Positions 36,005 through 45,340 of a DNA stretch of 64,000 bases are shown one piece after another. This DNA comes from a virus, in IMG/VR virus record IMGVR_UViG_3300045988_175656; one strand, written 5' to 3'. Under the pieces are notes generated by a model that was not told where the DNA came from, did not search any database, and saw only the letters and a list, made by a program, of their open reading frames with translations. Position 1 is the first letter of the stretch, and each line of letters starts with the position of its first letter. The translations under genes and the position numbers were made by a program.

Positions 36005-36169
36005 TTATATATTATTTTTATGTATATGAAACAATTCTTTATTAGGATATTTTATTGCAAAATTTACTTTAGCTTCTCCCTCACTAAAACCGTTTATATT
36101 AGTAACACCAATTATCTTTTTTCCGTTTTCTGTATAGCTGTAATAAGCTATCCATCTATCTCTTTTCAT
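36005..36169 (-). CDS. small hypothetical protein
   Basis: The track start at 36196 is TTG inside the -7 box. The first ATG is 36169 (MKRDRWIAYY). Confidence 0.55.
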   Translation of the reverse strand: MKRDRWIAYYSYTENGKKIIGVTNINGFSEGEAKVNFAIKYPNKELFHIHKNNI

Positions 36170-36193
36170 ATTTGTTCTTTTATTATTATGATA

Positions 36194-36238
36194 CAAAGAT
36201 AATATATTTATGAATACTAACCAAATTTTTTGTGTTAA
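36194..36238 (-). promoter_or_regulatory. early-type promoter cassette (TTTG-N20-TATCTTTG)
   Basis: caaagata at 36194-36201; caaa at 36222-36225; tgtgttaa ending at 36238. Confidence 0.65.
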
Positions 36239-36244
36239 AGAACT

Positions 36245-36583
36245 TTAAACAAATTCATGTTTTCTAATTTTCTTTGGAAGAAGTGATAATTTATGTGTTA
36301 ATTTACCTTTTGTTTCAAATACGTCTTTAATTGTTAATTTATGTAAAAAACTTGAATACACAGTATAAACCGCTTTATGAATTTCATTCCACTGTTTAGC
36401 GGATAAATCATCAAGTTTGGGATAAGTTATAATGTGAATATCATTATCCACTAAACAATAAGCCACACCATCAAATATAGTAAATTTTCTCCATGTTCCC
36501 AAATACCATCTATTTACCTTACATGAATTGCTTTTGTTAATAGTGTTAACAAAAGCTAAATAAAGTTCTTCTACATTAAACAT
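36245..36583 (-). CDS. hypothetical protein
   Basis: 112-aa ATG ORF. Confidence 0.6.
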   Translation of the reverse strand: MFNVEELYLAFVNTINKSNSCKVNRWYLGTWRKFTIFDGVAYCLVDNDIHIITYPKLDDLSAKQWNEIHKAVYTVYSSFLHKLTIKDVFETKGKLTHKLSLLPKKIRKHEFV

Positions 36584-36600
36584 ACTATTATCTCTTTTAG

Positions 36601-36900
36601 TTATTTACATTTGAACATTTTTTCCCAATATTCATTATATATCTTATCAAAATTACATTTATTTGAAAGATATTCATCAGAAGTAACAACCATTGAATCA
36701 CATCTTAATTTTCCATTTTCATTAATGTAAAGATATTGTACACCCAATAAAGAGTAAACATCAGAAGCCACTTCACGAGCATTTTCATAATCTTTACATC
36801 TAATTGCAATTGGTACATAATTGCGGTGCATATCAACTATCCACCAAAATGTAACAAATACATCATTTTTATTTTTCTTAAAATTAACTTTCTTTATCAT
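36601..36900 (-). CDS. hypothetical protein
   Basis: 99-aa ATG ORF. Confidence 0.6.
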   Translation of the reverse strand: MIKKVNFKKNKNDVFVTFWWIVDMHRNYVPIAIRCKDYENAREVASDVYSLLGVQYLYINENGKLRCDSMVVTSDEYLSNKCNFDKIYNEYWEKMFKCK

Positions 36901-36903
36901 AAT

Positions 36904-37158
36904 TTATAAGGTATTTTGTAAATCGACTAAATAATCATCACAATGACAGTGAGGACAAGCATAACTATATGAATATTGTGTTCCCTCAATTGGAGCTAAT
37001 TCCATATTTTCCTCTGTACCTTTCAATTGATATTTTGGAGCATCTACTTGTGGATTTTCATCAATTAAAATTAACCCACAATTATTACATCTACATAAAC
37101 ATACCCCATTAACTGAATCAATAGTATAATCTTTGGCTGAATAAAACTGTTTTCCCAT
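36904..37158 (-). CDS. zinc-ribbon protein
   Basis: CRCNNCG ... CPHCHC cysteine pairs. Confidence 0.6.
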   Translation of the reverse strand: MGKQFYSAKDYTIDSVNGVCLCRCNNCGLILIDENPQVDAPKYQLKGTEENMELAPIEGTQYSYSYACPHCHCDDYLVDLQNTL

Positions 37159-37169
37159 TTTGTTATAAT

Positions 37170-37433
37170 TTAATAGTAACTACCTCTGCATCTTTCAAAC
37201 ACTTTCTTGTCAGCTTCTAATTGTCTTTCAATAGCATAGAGTAAATTATCTAACTCTATTTCTTGTAAGTCCTCTAATTCAACTTCCACTTCATCATCAG
37301 AAAATGATAATTCACCACAATAACTAATTGATAATAGTTCTTCACCTGCAATTTCTTCGGGAACATCAAATACAATTCCGCTATTATCACGCATTAGAAC
37401 TTCAATATTTTCAATCAATTCATTTTTTTTCAT
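37170..37433 (-). CDS. small highly acidic protein
   Basis: The track start at 37487 is TTG. ATG 37433 is preceded by AAGGAGG. The sequence is E/D-rich throughout. Confidence 0.6.
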   Translation of the reverse strand: MKKNELIENIEVLMRDNSGIVFDVPEEIAGEELLSISYCGELSFSDDEVEVELEDLQEIELDNLLYAIERQLEADKKVFERCRGSYY

Positions 37434-37464
37434 TATTAATCCTCCTTGTTTTATTATTACACTA

Positions 37465-37509
37465 CAAAGATATGATATTAATTTCAAATCTCCAAATGTT
37501 TTATGTTAA
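37465..37509 (-). promoter_or_regulatory. early-type promoter cassette (TTTG-N20-TATCTTTG)
   Basis: caaagata at 37465-37472; caaa at 37493-37496; tatgttaa ending at 37509. Confidence 0.65.
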
Positions 37510-37578
37510 TGAATTTTAAATTAGATAAATAAAAGATGAAAGAAAAGAATATTATTTTTCATATTATAAAGGTAATAT

Positions 37579-37797
37579 TTAATCATCCAATAATAATGAC
37601 ATTAGCCAAAGCATACCCATTATAAAAATAGTTAATATGTTAACCATTATATAATCTTCTACATTAGCATCTTTAATTTTTGTTGCACAAAATATATTTG
37701 CTCCAATAAAGCCAATTATGATTATAAAATAACATATACAATTATTTTTATTCTCATAATTGTTAAATCTTGCGATTAATTTTAAAATGTATTTCAT
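37579..37797 (-). CDS. small membrane protein
   Basis: 72 aa with two hydrophobic helices. Confidence 0.55.
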   Translation of the reverse strand: MKYILKLIARFNNYENKNNCICYFIIIIGFIGANIFCATKIKDANVEDYIMVNILTIFIMGMLWLMSLLLDD

Positions 37798-37805
37798 ATA
37801 TAATA

Positions 37806-38105
37806 TTATTTGATAATATTTTCATTAATTACATATTGAATAAATGGTCTTAATTCATATTCATCATTTGTTAAATAATATAACTTTTTATCCCCATCCT
37901 CAATTAACATATAATGAACTTTGGTCGTAAAACTATTTTGTCCTTTAAATTGTTTAGAAATATCTCTAACAATAACAGGTTTTTTTAATGTGTTAATAAA
38001 TTCAGTGGCAGATTTTTTGCTCTCTTTTTTTGGATAAAAATATATACATAAAATACACCCAAACAATATATTTACCATTAAAATATATTTGTGAAAAGTT
38101 TTCAT
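37806..38105 (-). CDS. N-terminally anchored hypothetical protein
   Basis: 99 aa with an N-terminal hydrophobic helix (ILMVNILFGCILCIYF). Confidence 0.6.
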   Translation of the reverse strand: MKTFHKYILMVNILFGCILCIYFYPKKESKKSATEFINTLKKPVIVRDISKQFKGQNSFTTKVHYMLIEDGDKKLYYLTNDEYELRPFIQYVINENIIK

Positions 38106-38338
38106 CTTAGTTTTCCGTTTTTATTATACCTTGCACTCCAATCTCTATCAATATTATAAATTGATACTTCATAAATCGGATGAAGCCAACCGCCACCTTT
38201 TTGATTAAGTTGTGATATAACAGAAGATATACAAGTAAATCCACTATCATATATAGTTGCCATTATTTTTCCATTTTTATCAAAAGAATGTGCTTTTATA
38301 CAATCTTTTTTAGTTATTATATTTCGACTTCTTGCCAT
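38102..38338 (-). CDS. hypothetical protein
   Basis: 78-aa ATG ORF; 4-nt overlap. Confidence 0.6.
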   Translation of the reverse strand: MARSRNIITKKDCIKAHSFDKNGKIMATIYDSGFTCISSVISQLNQKGGGWLHPIYEVSIYNIDRDWSARYNKNGKLR

Positions 38339-38340
38339 AA

Positions 38341-38565
38341 TTAACTTTGTTTAAATCGGTTTTTACTAATATAAAAAATACAAACATCTTTATTTACAAC
38401 TTCATCAAAAATAGGCGGGGTTATCATTATATATAAATTACGATAAACTGTTAAATAATGAATCTGTTTATATAGTTCTTTTTCTGAAAGTTCATCAAAT
38501 GAATCATGTTTAATCCCTGTTGTAGATTCAAAATTTTCTTGCCAATAGCGATATTTTATTACCAT
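38341..38565 (-). CDS. hypothetical protein
   Basis: 74-aa ATG ORF. Confidence 0.55.
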   Translation of the reverse strand: MVIKYRYWQENFESTTGIKHDSFDELSEKELYKQIHYLTVYRNLYIMITPPIFDEVVNKDVCIFYISKNRFKQS

Positions 38566-38569
38566 AAAA

Positions 38570-38773
38570 TTATAATGTTATAGAGGTTATTTTATTTAAT
38601 TCTATTTCTTCTTCATTTCCATTTTCATCTGCAATAGTAAGTATTCCTCTATGGGAAACATGAATAAATGTAGCTGAACGAGGTTTATTTTCCACTTTAA
38701 ACTCTATTGTTTCACCTTTTACAAAAGTTTTCAGCACATTATATTGATTAACATTAAATTGACTTTTATTCAT
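38570..38773 (-). CDS. hypothetical protein
   Basis: 67-aa ATG ORF; AAGGAG 8 nt upstream; the first gene after cassette 38804-38848. Confidence 0.6.
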   Translation of the reverse strand: MNKSQFNVNQYNVLKTFVKGETIEFKVENKPRSATFIHVSHRGILTIADENGNEEEIELNKITSITL

Positions 38774-38803
38774 TTATATTCTCCTTTCTTTATTATTATG
38801 ATA

Positions 38804-38848
38804 CAAAGGTAGAGAAAGTTTCTCTACCTTGCAAATTATTTGAGTTAA
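38804..38848 (-). promoter_or_regulatory. early-type promoter cassette (TTTG-N20-TACCTTTG)
   Basis: caaaggta at 38804-38811; caaa at 38832-38835; tgagttaa ending at 38848. Confidence 0.65.
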
Positions 38849-38854
38849 TATTTG

Positions 38855-39193
38855 TCATATTTTAGACCGAATATCTAATCTCACTTCATTTTTCCAAATG
38901 CTTTCCATATTAGAAATTTCATTTGTAGAATGACTTACCAAGAAAGGATATGTTTTAAATCCTTTTAACATATCATCACTCCATTTTTCAAGACTAAACT
39001 TTTCATCTTCAATACTTAATTCAATAATATGTTTAATAACATTGGCTTTAAACATATTTTTAAATGTTGTTTCATACATGAAATGTCCATATTTTTCAAA
39101 ATCTTTGTGAATTAAGTCTAATCCATTGTTAAACTTTTCATTAGCAGTTTCCAAAATGCCTTGTAAAGCATCAATTTGTCTTTTATTTACCAT
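38855..39193 (-). CDS. hypothetical protein
   Basis: 112-aa ATG ORF. Confidence 0.6.
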   Translation of the reverse strand: MVNKRQIDALQGILETANEKFNNGLDLIHKDFEKYGHFMYETTFKNMFKANVIKHIIELSIEDEKFSLEKWSDDMLKGFKTYPFLVSHSTNEISNMESIWKNEVRLDIRSKI

Positions 39194-39662
39194 TTATAAC
39201 TTTATTTAATATTTTAATCTTTTCTTCTTGCGCACACTTTTTAGTTGTGAAAAAATTATTAGTAAGTTTTCTCCACTTGTCCGCTTCTTCATCTTTGCCT
39301 GTAACAGCACTTTGCACAACTCCTTTTGAAGATAAAAAATAATATATTTCTACTTTTTCTAACCATTTTTCAGCAACACCTTTGAAAGCAAATCTATTAC
39401 TATCAATAAAACAAAGGTCATACCTTTTTTGCCCATTATCAAAACCTACAACTTCATAAACAATATTTTCATATTTCACATAATCACCACGCTTAAATTT
39501 TTCGGTAAAAGGTTCAAAAAATTTTGTATTGTGTAAATCAATATATGGAAATTTTCGTTCTTCGTTCTTTGCCAAGCATGGAACACCATTTTTAATAATT
39601 AAAATTTCACCTTTTTTAAGATAAAGTTCTTTAATATCACATTTTACTATGTATTTTTCCAT
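39183..39662 (-). CDS. hypothetical protein
   Basis: 159-aa ATG ORF. Confidence 0.65.
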   Translation of the reverse strand: MEKYIVKCDIKELYLKKGEILIIKNGVPCLAKNEERKFPYIDLHNTKFFEPFTEKFKRGDYVKYENIVYEVVGFDNGQKRYDLCFIDSNRFAFKGVAEKWLEKVEIYYFLSSKGVVQSAVTGKDEEADKWRKLTNNFFTTKKCAQEEKIKILNKVINGK

Positions 39663-39665
39663 GAT

Positions 39666-39974
39666 TTAATTAATATAAAAAGTTTCTAATAGTTTACCTC
39701 TCGCAAATTTTCTTGTTATAGGATTAAACTTACAATCCAATTTAAGAACCTTGTTAATATTTGTGTCAAAATTATAAGTAAAAGTTGCTTTTTCACTTCT
39801 ACCAATTGTTAATCTTGATAATATTTTACATTGAATTTCACTATCTAAAGCAAAATATAAACTTTTTAAAAATATAACAAATTCTTTATTGGTGAGTTGT
39901 GCATCATTTCCATACACACAACTCACTTTTTCACCATTTTTTAAAACTATATTCAAATTACCTATTACTGCCAT
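39666..39974 (-). CDS. hypothetical protein
   Basis: 102-aa ATG ORF. Confidence 0.6.
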   Translation of the reverse strand: MAVIGNLNIVLKNGEKVSCVYGNDAQLTNKEFVIFLKSLYFALDSEIQCKILSRLTIGRSEKATFTYNFDTNINKVLKLDCKFNPITRKFARGKLLETFYIN

Positions 39975-39977
39975 ATA

Positions 39978-40349
39978 TTAAAATCCTGCTTTTTCAATAA
40001 TACCAACAATTTTATTTAACCATTTAAGATAATCTTCAAAATCCTTTAATGATTGTTTCAATGTAAATGCACTCTTATAACTTTCTCCTTCTCTATGAAG
40101 GTCTATCTCTTCTTCTACATCAAAATTTTCAACATAATCTTTAAAATCTTCAAGTAGCCCTTTGTCATTTTCAAGATAAACAATCATATTCACACCGCCA
40201 TCAGTCCATGTTTCCATTTCAATACCATCTCCATTTGCAAAATTACAAATATCTACATTAGCAAAAAACAATTCAAAAAATTCTTGAATTTTTTCATTTT
40301 TCAAAAGTTTTTTTGCTTCTTTTTGTACTTCGGGTGTAATCTTTTCCAT
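39978..40349 (-). CDS. acidic hypothetical protein
   Basis: 123-aa ATG ORF; AAGGAG upstream; follows cassette 40394-40438. Confidence 0.65.
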   Translation of the reverse strand: MEKITPEVQKEAKKLLKNEKIQEFFELFFANVDICNFANGDGIEMETWTDGGVNMIVYLENDKGLLEDFKDYVENFDVEEEIDLHREGESYKSAFTLKQSLKDFEDYLKWLNKIVGIIEKAGF

Positions 40350-40393
40350 TATTAAATCTCCTTTTTTTTATTATATTGTTATTTCTTATGTTA

Positions 40394-40438
40394 CAAAGGT
40401 AGATATTTTTTAGTTACCCACCAAATATTTTGTATTAA
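40394..40438 (-). promoter_or_regulatory. early-type promoter cassette (TTTG-N20-TACCTTTG)
   Basis: caaaggta at 40394-40401; caaa at 40422-40425; tgtattaa ending at 40438. Confidence 0.65.
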
Positions 40439-40448
40439 TAAATGTTAA

Positions 40449-40901
40449 TTAAAATAACATTTGTAAATCTCTGTAAGCATCAAGAATTTCATGGAATTTA
40501 ATTCTTGAAATTTCGGTTACATTTCTAAGAGAATCATTTATTAAATCGCAAAAGTCGATAGTATCATTTTCTTTAAATTCATAATTCATCCCATACTTTG
40601 TTAAACTTCTACAAGTGAATTTCCTCTGTAACATATCTATATCAGTGAGATGTACCACATAAATACATTCTTTTGAATTTACCATAGTGCTTGTAAACTT
40701 GATAATATAGTATTTATCAATCATTTTACGATACTTCTTTTCGTTATTATCAGAAATTTCTTCTAATAAAAGTTTACGTTCTTCCATAAAACGTTTAATA
40801 TCGCCCACAGTAATATCATTATCTAATAAATTAACAGTTCCCAATACTTCTTGAACACCTGCTAATGTAATTTCACTAAATTTATCTCTTAAACTTCCCA
40901 T
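40449..40901 (-). CDS. hypothetical protein
   Basis: 150-aa ATG ORF. Confidence 0.65.
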   Translation of the reverse strand: MGSLRDKFSEITLAGVQEVLGTVNLLDNDITVGDIKRFMEERKLLLEEISDNNEKKYRKMIDKYYIIKFTSTMVNSKECIYVVHLTDIDMLQRKFTCRSLTKYGMNYEFKENDTIDFCDLINDSLRNVTEISRIKFHEILDAYRDLQMLF

Positions 40902-40902
40902 A

Positions 40903-41193
40903 TTAATTTAATGTTTTATAAAATTCTACTTGTCTATCAGCTAATTCACGAGCAATTCTATCTTTTGACTGTTCAACCCAATTAGTTAAATCAGTTGTTA
41001 CCCAATCATCAAAAGATTGTGGTAATGCCTGTTCAACATAATCATTTGCAATATATTCATTACAATCTTTCATTTCCTCAAACAAAGCAAGTAATTCATT
41101 GCTAACATCTAAAAAATCACCAAGTTTTTTATAGGCAGAAATTAATATTTCTTTTTTATCCTTACTTGTTATTTCTCTGTCTAAATTTTCCAT
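40903..41193 (-). CDS. acidic hypothetical protein
   Basis: 96-aa ATG ORF; AAGGAG upstream; follows cassette 41233-41277. Confidence 0.6.
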   Translation of the reverse strand: MENLDREITSKDKKEILISAYKKLGDFLDVSNELLALFEEMKDCNEYIANDYVEQALPQSFDDWVTTDLTNWVEQSKDRIARELADRQVEFYKTLN

Positions 41194-41232
41194 TATTAAA
41201 TCTCCTTTCTTTTAAGTTATTTTCTTATGATA

Positions 41233-41277
41233 CAAAGATAGACCATTTTTTCTAATCTACCAAATATTTTGTGTTAA
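41233..41277 (-). promoter_or_regulatory. early-type promoter cassette (TTTG-N20-TATCTTTG)
   Basis: caaagata at 41233-41240; caaa at 41261-41264; gtgttaa ending at 41277. Confidence 0.65.
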
Positions 41278-41295
41278 TAAAAGCAAAAACTTTAA

Positions 41296-41335
41296 TTAAA
41301 AAATGGCTGATTATATTCCCATACTATCAGCCATT
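41296..41335 (-). terminator. intrinsic terminator (early block)
   Basis: Complement strand: AATGGCTGAT-loop-ATCAGCCATTTTTT after the stop of 41371-41673. Confidence 0.65.
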
Positions 41336-41370
41336 TTAACAAATAAAATTAAAGTTATGAATATCAATGT

Positions 41371-41673
41371 TTAATTGTTATCATCAACAATAATGATATT
41401 GTCCTTATCATTATCATTCATAATGTTTTCGATTGCATCCATTATAGGAATGGAAGTTGAAAATGCACATTCATCTTTCAAATGACCTGCAATAAATTCA
41501 ATAATTTCATTCATTGCATCATTTATTAAATCATCATGTGTATTCTCGTCCTCTTCATCACAATAAAGATAAATCTTTAATGGTTCTCTTGGGATAGGTT
41601 CTGTTAAAAACAGTGTTGATAAATTTTGATACAATTCAATACGACCAATTGTGTTATTAATTCCTACTTTCAT
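41371..41673 (-). CDS. acidic hypothetical protein
   Basis: 100-aa ATG ORF, D/E/N-rich; followed by terminator 41296-41335. Confidence 0.6.
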   Translation of the reverse strand: MKVGINNTIGRIELYQNLSTLFLTEPIPREPLKIYLYCDEEDENTHDDLINDAMNEIIEFIAGHLKDECAFSTSIPIMDAIENIMNDNDKDNIIIVDDNN

Positions 41674-41675
41674 GT

Positions 41676-42086
41676 TTAATTCTCCTTTTTAATTTGATTA
41701 TATACATTAATTACTTGTTTCATTTTTTCAACCATTTTTTCTCTTACTTTGCTGTTTAACGAAAATGAATTTTCGGGTTTGCAAAGATAGTTATAATGTT
41801 TAAACATTTTCTCCACATCTCTTATTTTTTCATCCAAAGCATTGCTTAATATAAATTCTGAAAAAGAAACTACTTCAATTGGTTCTTCATCATAAGAACC
41901 AAAATAATATTCTATATGGTTTCTGTTTTTCACAATTACCACAGGATAACCAATCTCTTTAGATGAAACATTTATTTCATTTATTAATCCTTTCATATTT
42001 GGATTAATAAGATTTCCTTTTGCTTCATTAAAATGATTGAGGATTATTTCAACCTCTTTTAAATTGTTACATTCAATACCTAACAT
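41676..42086 (-). CDS. hypothetical protein
   Basis: 136-aa ATG ORF. Confidence 0.65.
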   Translation of the reverse strand: MLGIECNNLKEVEIILNHFNEAKGNLINPNMKGLINEINVSSKEIGYPVVIVKNRNHIEYYFGSYDEEPIEVVSFSEFILSNALDEKIRDVEKMFKHYNYLCKPENSFSLNSKVREKMVEKMKQVINVYNQIKKEN

Positions 42087-42130
42087 ATCATTTAAATTTT
42101 AAAGTTTATACTTTCTTTATTTTAGTACTG

Positions 42131-42175
42131 CAAAGATAAAAAGAATATTTTATTTCACCAAATAATTTGAGTTAA
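42131..42175 (-). promoter_or_regulatory. early-type promoter cassette (TTTG-N20-TATCTTTG)
   Basis: caaagata at 42131-42138; caaa at 42159-42162; gagttaa ending at 42175. Confidence 0.65.
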
Positions 42176-42192
42176 TAAAAGTTAAAGAACTT

Positions 42193-42639
42193 CTATATCT
42201 CACAAAAACTTCTATATCCTACAATTCCACCACAAATAGGCAAAATTAATGATGTAATTACAATTAAGGTTATTGATATATAAGGGTATTTCCAATCTTT
42301 AATCTCTTTATCAATATCTAATATAGGTGAAAAAAATAGCATATCAAAAAGAATACCAATAATAATACCAAGCAAAGTAAAAAACAAAAATTCATAGATA
42401 AAACAACATATAACGAATATTAACACACAAATTGTTATTATAATTGTTTTCCAATGAAATTTGAGGTATTGAATCAAACTATTTTTAAAATCTATAAGAG
42501 ATGGTAAAATACCACAGAATACATCTTTAATGATGTTAAGAACATCAGTAAGCAGACCTTTAAAGTATTTAAACACATATATGCCAATTATGTTAAATAT
42601 TGCAAATACAATATAACCAATAGTTTTTTCTCTTTTCAT
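42193..42639 (-). CDS. multi-pass membrane protein
   Basis: 148 aa with about four hydrophobic helices. Confidence 0.65.
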   Translation of the reverse strand: MKREKTIGYIVFAIFNIIGIYVFKYFKGLLTDVLNIIKDVFCGILPSLIDFKNSLIQYLKFHWKTIIITICVLIFVICCFIYEFLFFTLLGIIIGILFDMLFFSPILDIDKEIKDWKYPYISITLIVITSLILPICGGIVGYRSFCEI

Positions 42640-42640
42640 A

Positions 42641-42958
42641 TTATCTATTGTAATAATCTTCTCTTCCTTTTAGAAAAGTCTTTAATAAAGAAGTGTTATT
42701 TTTTGTTAAATGAATATAAACCAATTTTCGGTTTTTACATTCGTCAATTTTCCCTTGTTTATCTGAAAAGGGTATGAATACAGTTGTTAACAAATTCAAA
42801 CAACCCTTTTCTGAGTTAAAAACCGCTTCAACATTTTTAATTACTTCATTAGTTGAATATTCAATTTTCAAATCTGTTATTGTGCCATCATCTAATATAT
42901 TAGTTACATCAAATGTAGCTTTACAATAGTTACCATTAAACATAAATGTTTGAATCAT
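42641..42958 (-). CDS. hypothetical protein
   Basis: 105-aa ATG ORF. Confidence 0.6.
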   Translation of the reverse strand: MIQTFMFNGNYCKATFDVTNILDDGTITDLKIEYSTNEVIKNVEAVFNSEKGCLNLLTTVFIPFSDKQGKIDECKNRKLVYIHLTKNNTSLLKTFLKGREDYYNR

Positions 42959-42985
42959 ATTATTTCTTCTTTTATTTGTTCAGTA

Positions 42986-43030
42986 CAAAGGTAGGTATTT
43001 TGCTTATACCTACCAAATATTTTATGTTAA
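42986..43030 (-). promoter_or_regulatory. early-type promoter cassette (TTTG-N20-TACCTTTG)
   Basis: caaaggta at 42986-42993; caaa at 43014-43017; tatgttaa contains the stop of 43027-43662. Confidence 0.65.
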
Positions 43031-43662
43031 ACAATACTAATAACTCCATTAATATGTTCTACTTCAATTAATTTGTAATTATCAATTGAATCATAATCTT
43101 TAACAATGGCTTCAATTTCAGTCTTAATTGGCTCACCTCTAAATATAGCAGCACTTTTTACATTAAATCTAAAATTCCATGCTAAAAAATTACAAAGTCT
43201 TTCTTCCCAAACACTATATTTTTGGTATAACATTTGTCGCATTCCTTTACCATAGCCATTACTATTTTCATAGTAATATGTATTAGTAGGTAAATGACAT
43301 AAAACATATTGTTTAGCACATTTTAAAGCCATCAGTTGCTTTTCTTTAACCAAATCAATATCTTCATCTATTACATGATTATGTTGCTTAAAATCGCTTA
43401 TAAACGCTTCAATTCCATCATAAGACATGCTGTAAAAATATTTACCATTTTTAACACTTCTGACAATCTTTTGTCGTGGCAGGAAATTATACATTTCATA
43501 GTTAAATCCGTGGTCTGATAATCTAATAATATCGGGCACTTGGGTTATATGAATGTAAAAAGAATTTGTTGAAACAGATTCTTGTACACTTCCAAAATAA
43601 CCAATATCATATAATCTTACAACAATACTTTGAGCATATTCATTAATTTCCTTTCTTTTCAT
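43027..43662 (-). CDS. hypothetical protein
   Basis: 211 aa. The N-terminal S.SFYIHI....IIRLSDH block resembles SVYYTF...KIRVSNH in 50274-50813, a possible paralogue. Confidence 0.65.
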   Translation of the reverse strand: MKRKEINEYAQSIVVRLYDIGYFGSVQESVSTNSFYIHITQVPDIIRLSDHGFNYEMYNFLPRQKIVRSVKNGKYFYSMSYDGIEAFISDFKQHNHVIDEDIDLVKEKQLMALKCAKQYVLCHLPTNTYYYENSNGYGKGMRQMLYQKYSVWEERLCNFLAWNFRFNVKSAAIFRGEPIKTEIEAIVKDYDSIDNYKLIEVEHINGVISIV

Positions 43663-43670
43663 TATTTAAC

Positions 43671-43931
43671 TTATTTTGATTCAATTAATTTCATTAATTC
43701 AGCTTTTTTAATCTCGCCTTCAAAAGCATTCATCACTTTTTTAATGGCATAATCAGATAAATCATACATATCTTTTAAATGTTTTTTAAACCATTTAGTA
43801 AATGTTATTCTATTATTCACATTTTTTTGATAATCAATAAATTCATATTTTAAAGAAACCCAATTCCAACCACCATTAATAACAATTGAAGTGATAAAAT
43901 CATTTACATTTGTATATTCTTTTTTTCTCAT
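43671..43931 (-). CDS. hypothetical protein
   Basis: 86-aa ATG ORF. Confidence 0.6.
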   Translation of the reverse strand: MRKKEYTNVNDFITSIVINGGWNWVSLKYEFIDYQKNVNNRITFTKWFKKHLKDMYDLSDYAIKKVMNAFEGEIKKAELMKLIESK

Positions 43932-43932
43932 A

Positions 43933-44790
43933 TTAAATTTGCTTTGAAATTTCCTTTACATAATCAATGTGTTCTTGGCTCATAATTTTGCCAGTAAAAT
44001 TTACCATCAAAAAAGTTTCAATTACATCTTCATCTGTTGCACTTTCCCCCAATGAAGCATAGGAGATTACATCACTATTTAAAAATTTATGTTGTGCTTT
44101 ATTAGAAAGGTCAGAATAGTAGTTACCATGTAAATCGGGGAATTTATCGTTAACAAAATCCAATAAAGCCCCAATTCTTTGTTTGCCATCCACAACATCA
44201 CGAAATGCAACCTCTTTGTTCCCTTTATTTAATTCAGATATAATATAGTTATACCCTCTATCACGTAAAACAATTTTACCACAATTAATTCCATTGTAGA
44301 TTGATTCAATCAACAATTGTTTATCTTTCAATTCCCACACAAAATCTCTTTGATAGTAATTTTTTTTACCATTTTTATCAATTACATAAGGATTAAAATT
44401 TAATTCATCAACATCTACTTCCCCTAATTTTGTTTGATATTTTCTTTCCCTTTTATCCCAACCACATCTATATAAAATAGAATCAAGTCCAAATTGAGAA
44501 GTGGTTAATTTTCCCCACCAAGATTTTTCGGGAAAAGGGTTTGCGCCTATATCATATACACTTTTTTTAATAATTTCAGATTTATCAATAGTAACAACTT
44601 CATTTCCATAATAAGAACTATCATCTAACATAAGTTTAATTTTATCTCCAACTACCTCTATAACTTTGCAAAGAACTTTTTTATCTTCACCATAAGTTCT
44701 GAAATGTTTAACAGATACATACACTTCATCATTAACTTGTAATGGTTTTTCATTAAATTCTTTCAACAATTTATCTTTTTTCGCTCCCAT
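43933..44790 (-). CDS. DUF262 (ParB/sulfiredoxin-fold, GmrSD N-terminal-like) domain protein
   Basis: YQRDFVWE..KQLLIESIYNG...G.IVL and VVDGKQRIGALLDF motifs, with an extra N-terminal ~90-aa beta-rich domain. Confidence 0.65.
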   Translation of the reverse strand: MGAKKDKLLKEFNEKPLQVNDEVYVSVKHFRTYGEDKKVLCKVIEVVGDKIKLMLDDSSYYGNEVVTIDKSEIIKKSVYDIGANPFPEKSWWGKLTTSQFGLDSILYRCGWDKRERKYQTKLGEVDVDELNFNPYVIDKNGKKNYYQRDFVWELKDKQLLIESIYNGINCGKIVLRDRGYNYIISELNKGNKEVAFRDVVDGKQRIGALLDFVNDKFPDLHGNYYSDLSNKAQHKFLNSDVISYASLGESATDEDVIETFLMVNFTGKIMSQEHIDYVKEISKQI

Positions 44791-44791
44791 A

Positions 44792-45265
44792 TTAATTTAA
44801 TTTTTCTTTATATTCTTTAATAAATTCTTTAAAAATCAATTCAGCTTTATATTTTGCTCTGTTGGCAAATTCAAAATTCAAATCACTAAACATCATAGGA
44901 TGATAATGTTTTGTTTTAACTTTCTTTTCAGTAAAAGATAATAAAATATGTTTAATAACAAACTTTGCTTTTTTAGATAAATCTTTAGCATCTTCATTAT
45001 TTTTAGCAATAAGAGAGTATGAACCATCTTCGTTTTTAGTCAAAATAAAATATTCATATAACTTATTTTTAATACGACTAATAATCCGATTAAGTAGTTC
45101 ATTTTCATAATCTTTTTCTGTTTGAAATTCAATTTTTTCACCACAGATAGGGCAAAAATCAAAATGACTTCGTATTACATATTCGTTACAATAAGGACAC
45201 ATATAAAAATCATCGTATATTTCATTAGTAATATAACTACTATGGTATTTAATTATTCTCTTCAT
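44792..45265 (-). CDS. zinc-ribbon protein
   Basis: CPYCNE...CPICGE near the N-terminus; 157 aa. Confidence 0.6.
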   Translation of the reverse strand: MKRIIKYHSSYITNEIYDDFYMCPYCNEYVIRSHFDFCPICGEKIEFQTEKDYENELLNRIISRIKNKLYEYFILTKNEDGSYSLIAKNNEDAKDLSKKAKFVIKHILLSFTEKKVKTKHYHPMMFSDLNFEFANRAKYKAELIFKEFIKEYKEKLN

Positions 45266-45295
45266 GTTTACACCTCTTTTACTATTTTAGTAATA

Positions 45296-45340
45296 CAAAA
45301 ATACAACAAAAAAACGAAACGGTCAAACAATTTGTGTTAA
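45296..45340 (-). promoter_or_regulatory. early-type promoter cassette (TTTG-N20-TATTTTTG)
   Basis: caaaaata at 45296-45303; caaa at 45324-45327; tgtgttaa contains the stop of 45337-45978. Confidence 0.6.

Noticed and set aside
16887-37487. N-terminal extensions of track ORFs that run through promoter boxes (ends at 16914, 20708, 21645, 29049, 30879, 32985, 33569, 36196, 37487; also 18635, 19092, 49159)
   Set aside because: The sequence shows these starts are TTG or GTG. Several lie inside or upstream of the TAnnTTTG -7 box, so they would not be on the transcript. The first ATG downstream was used instead.
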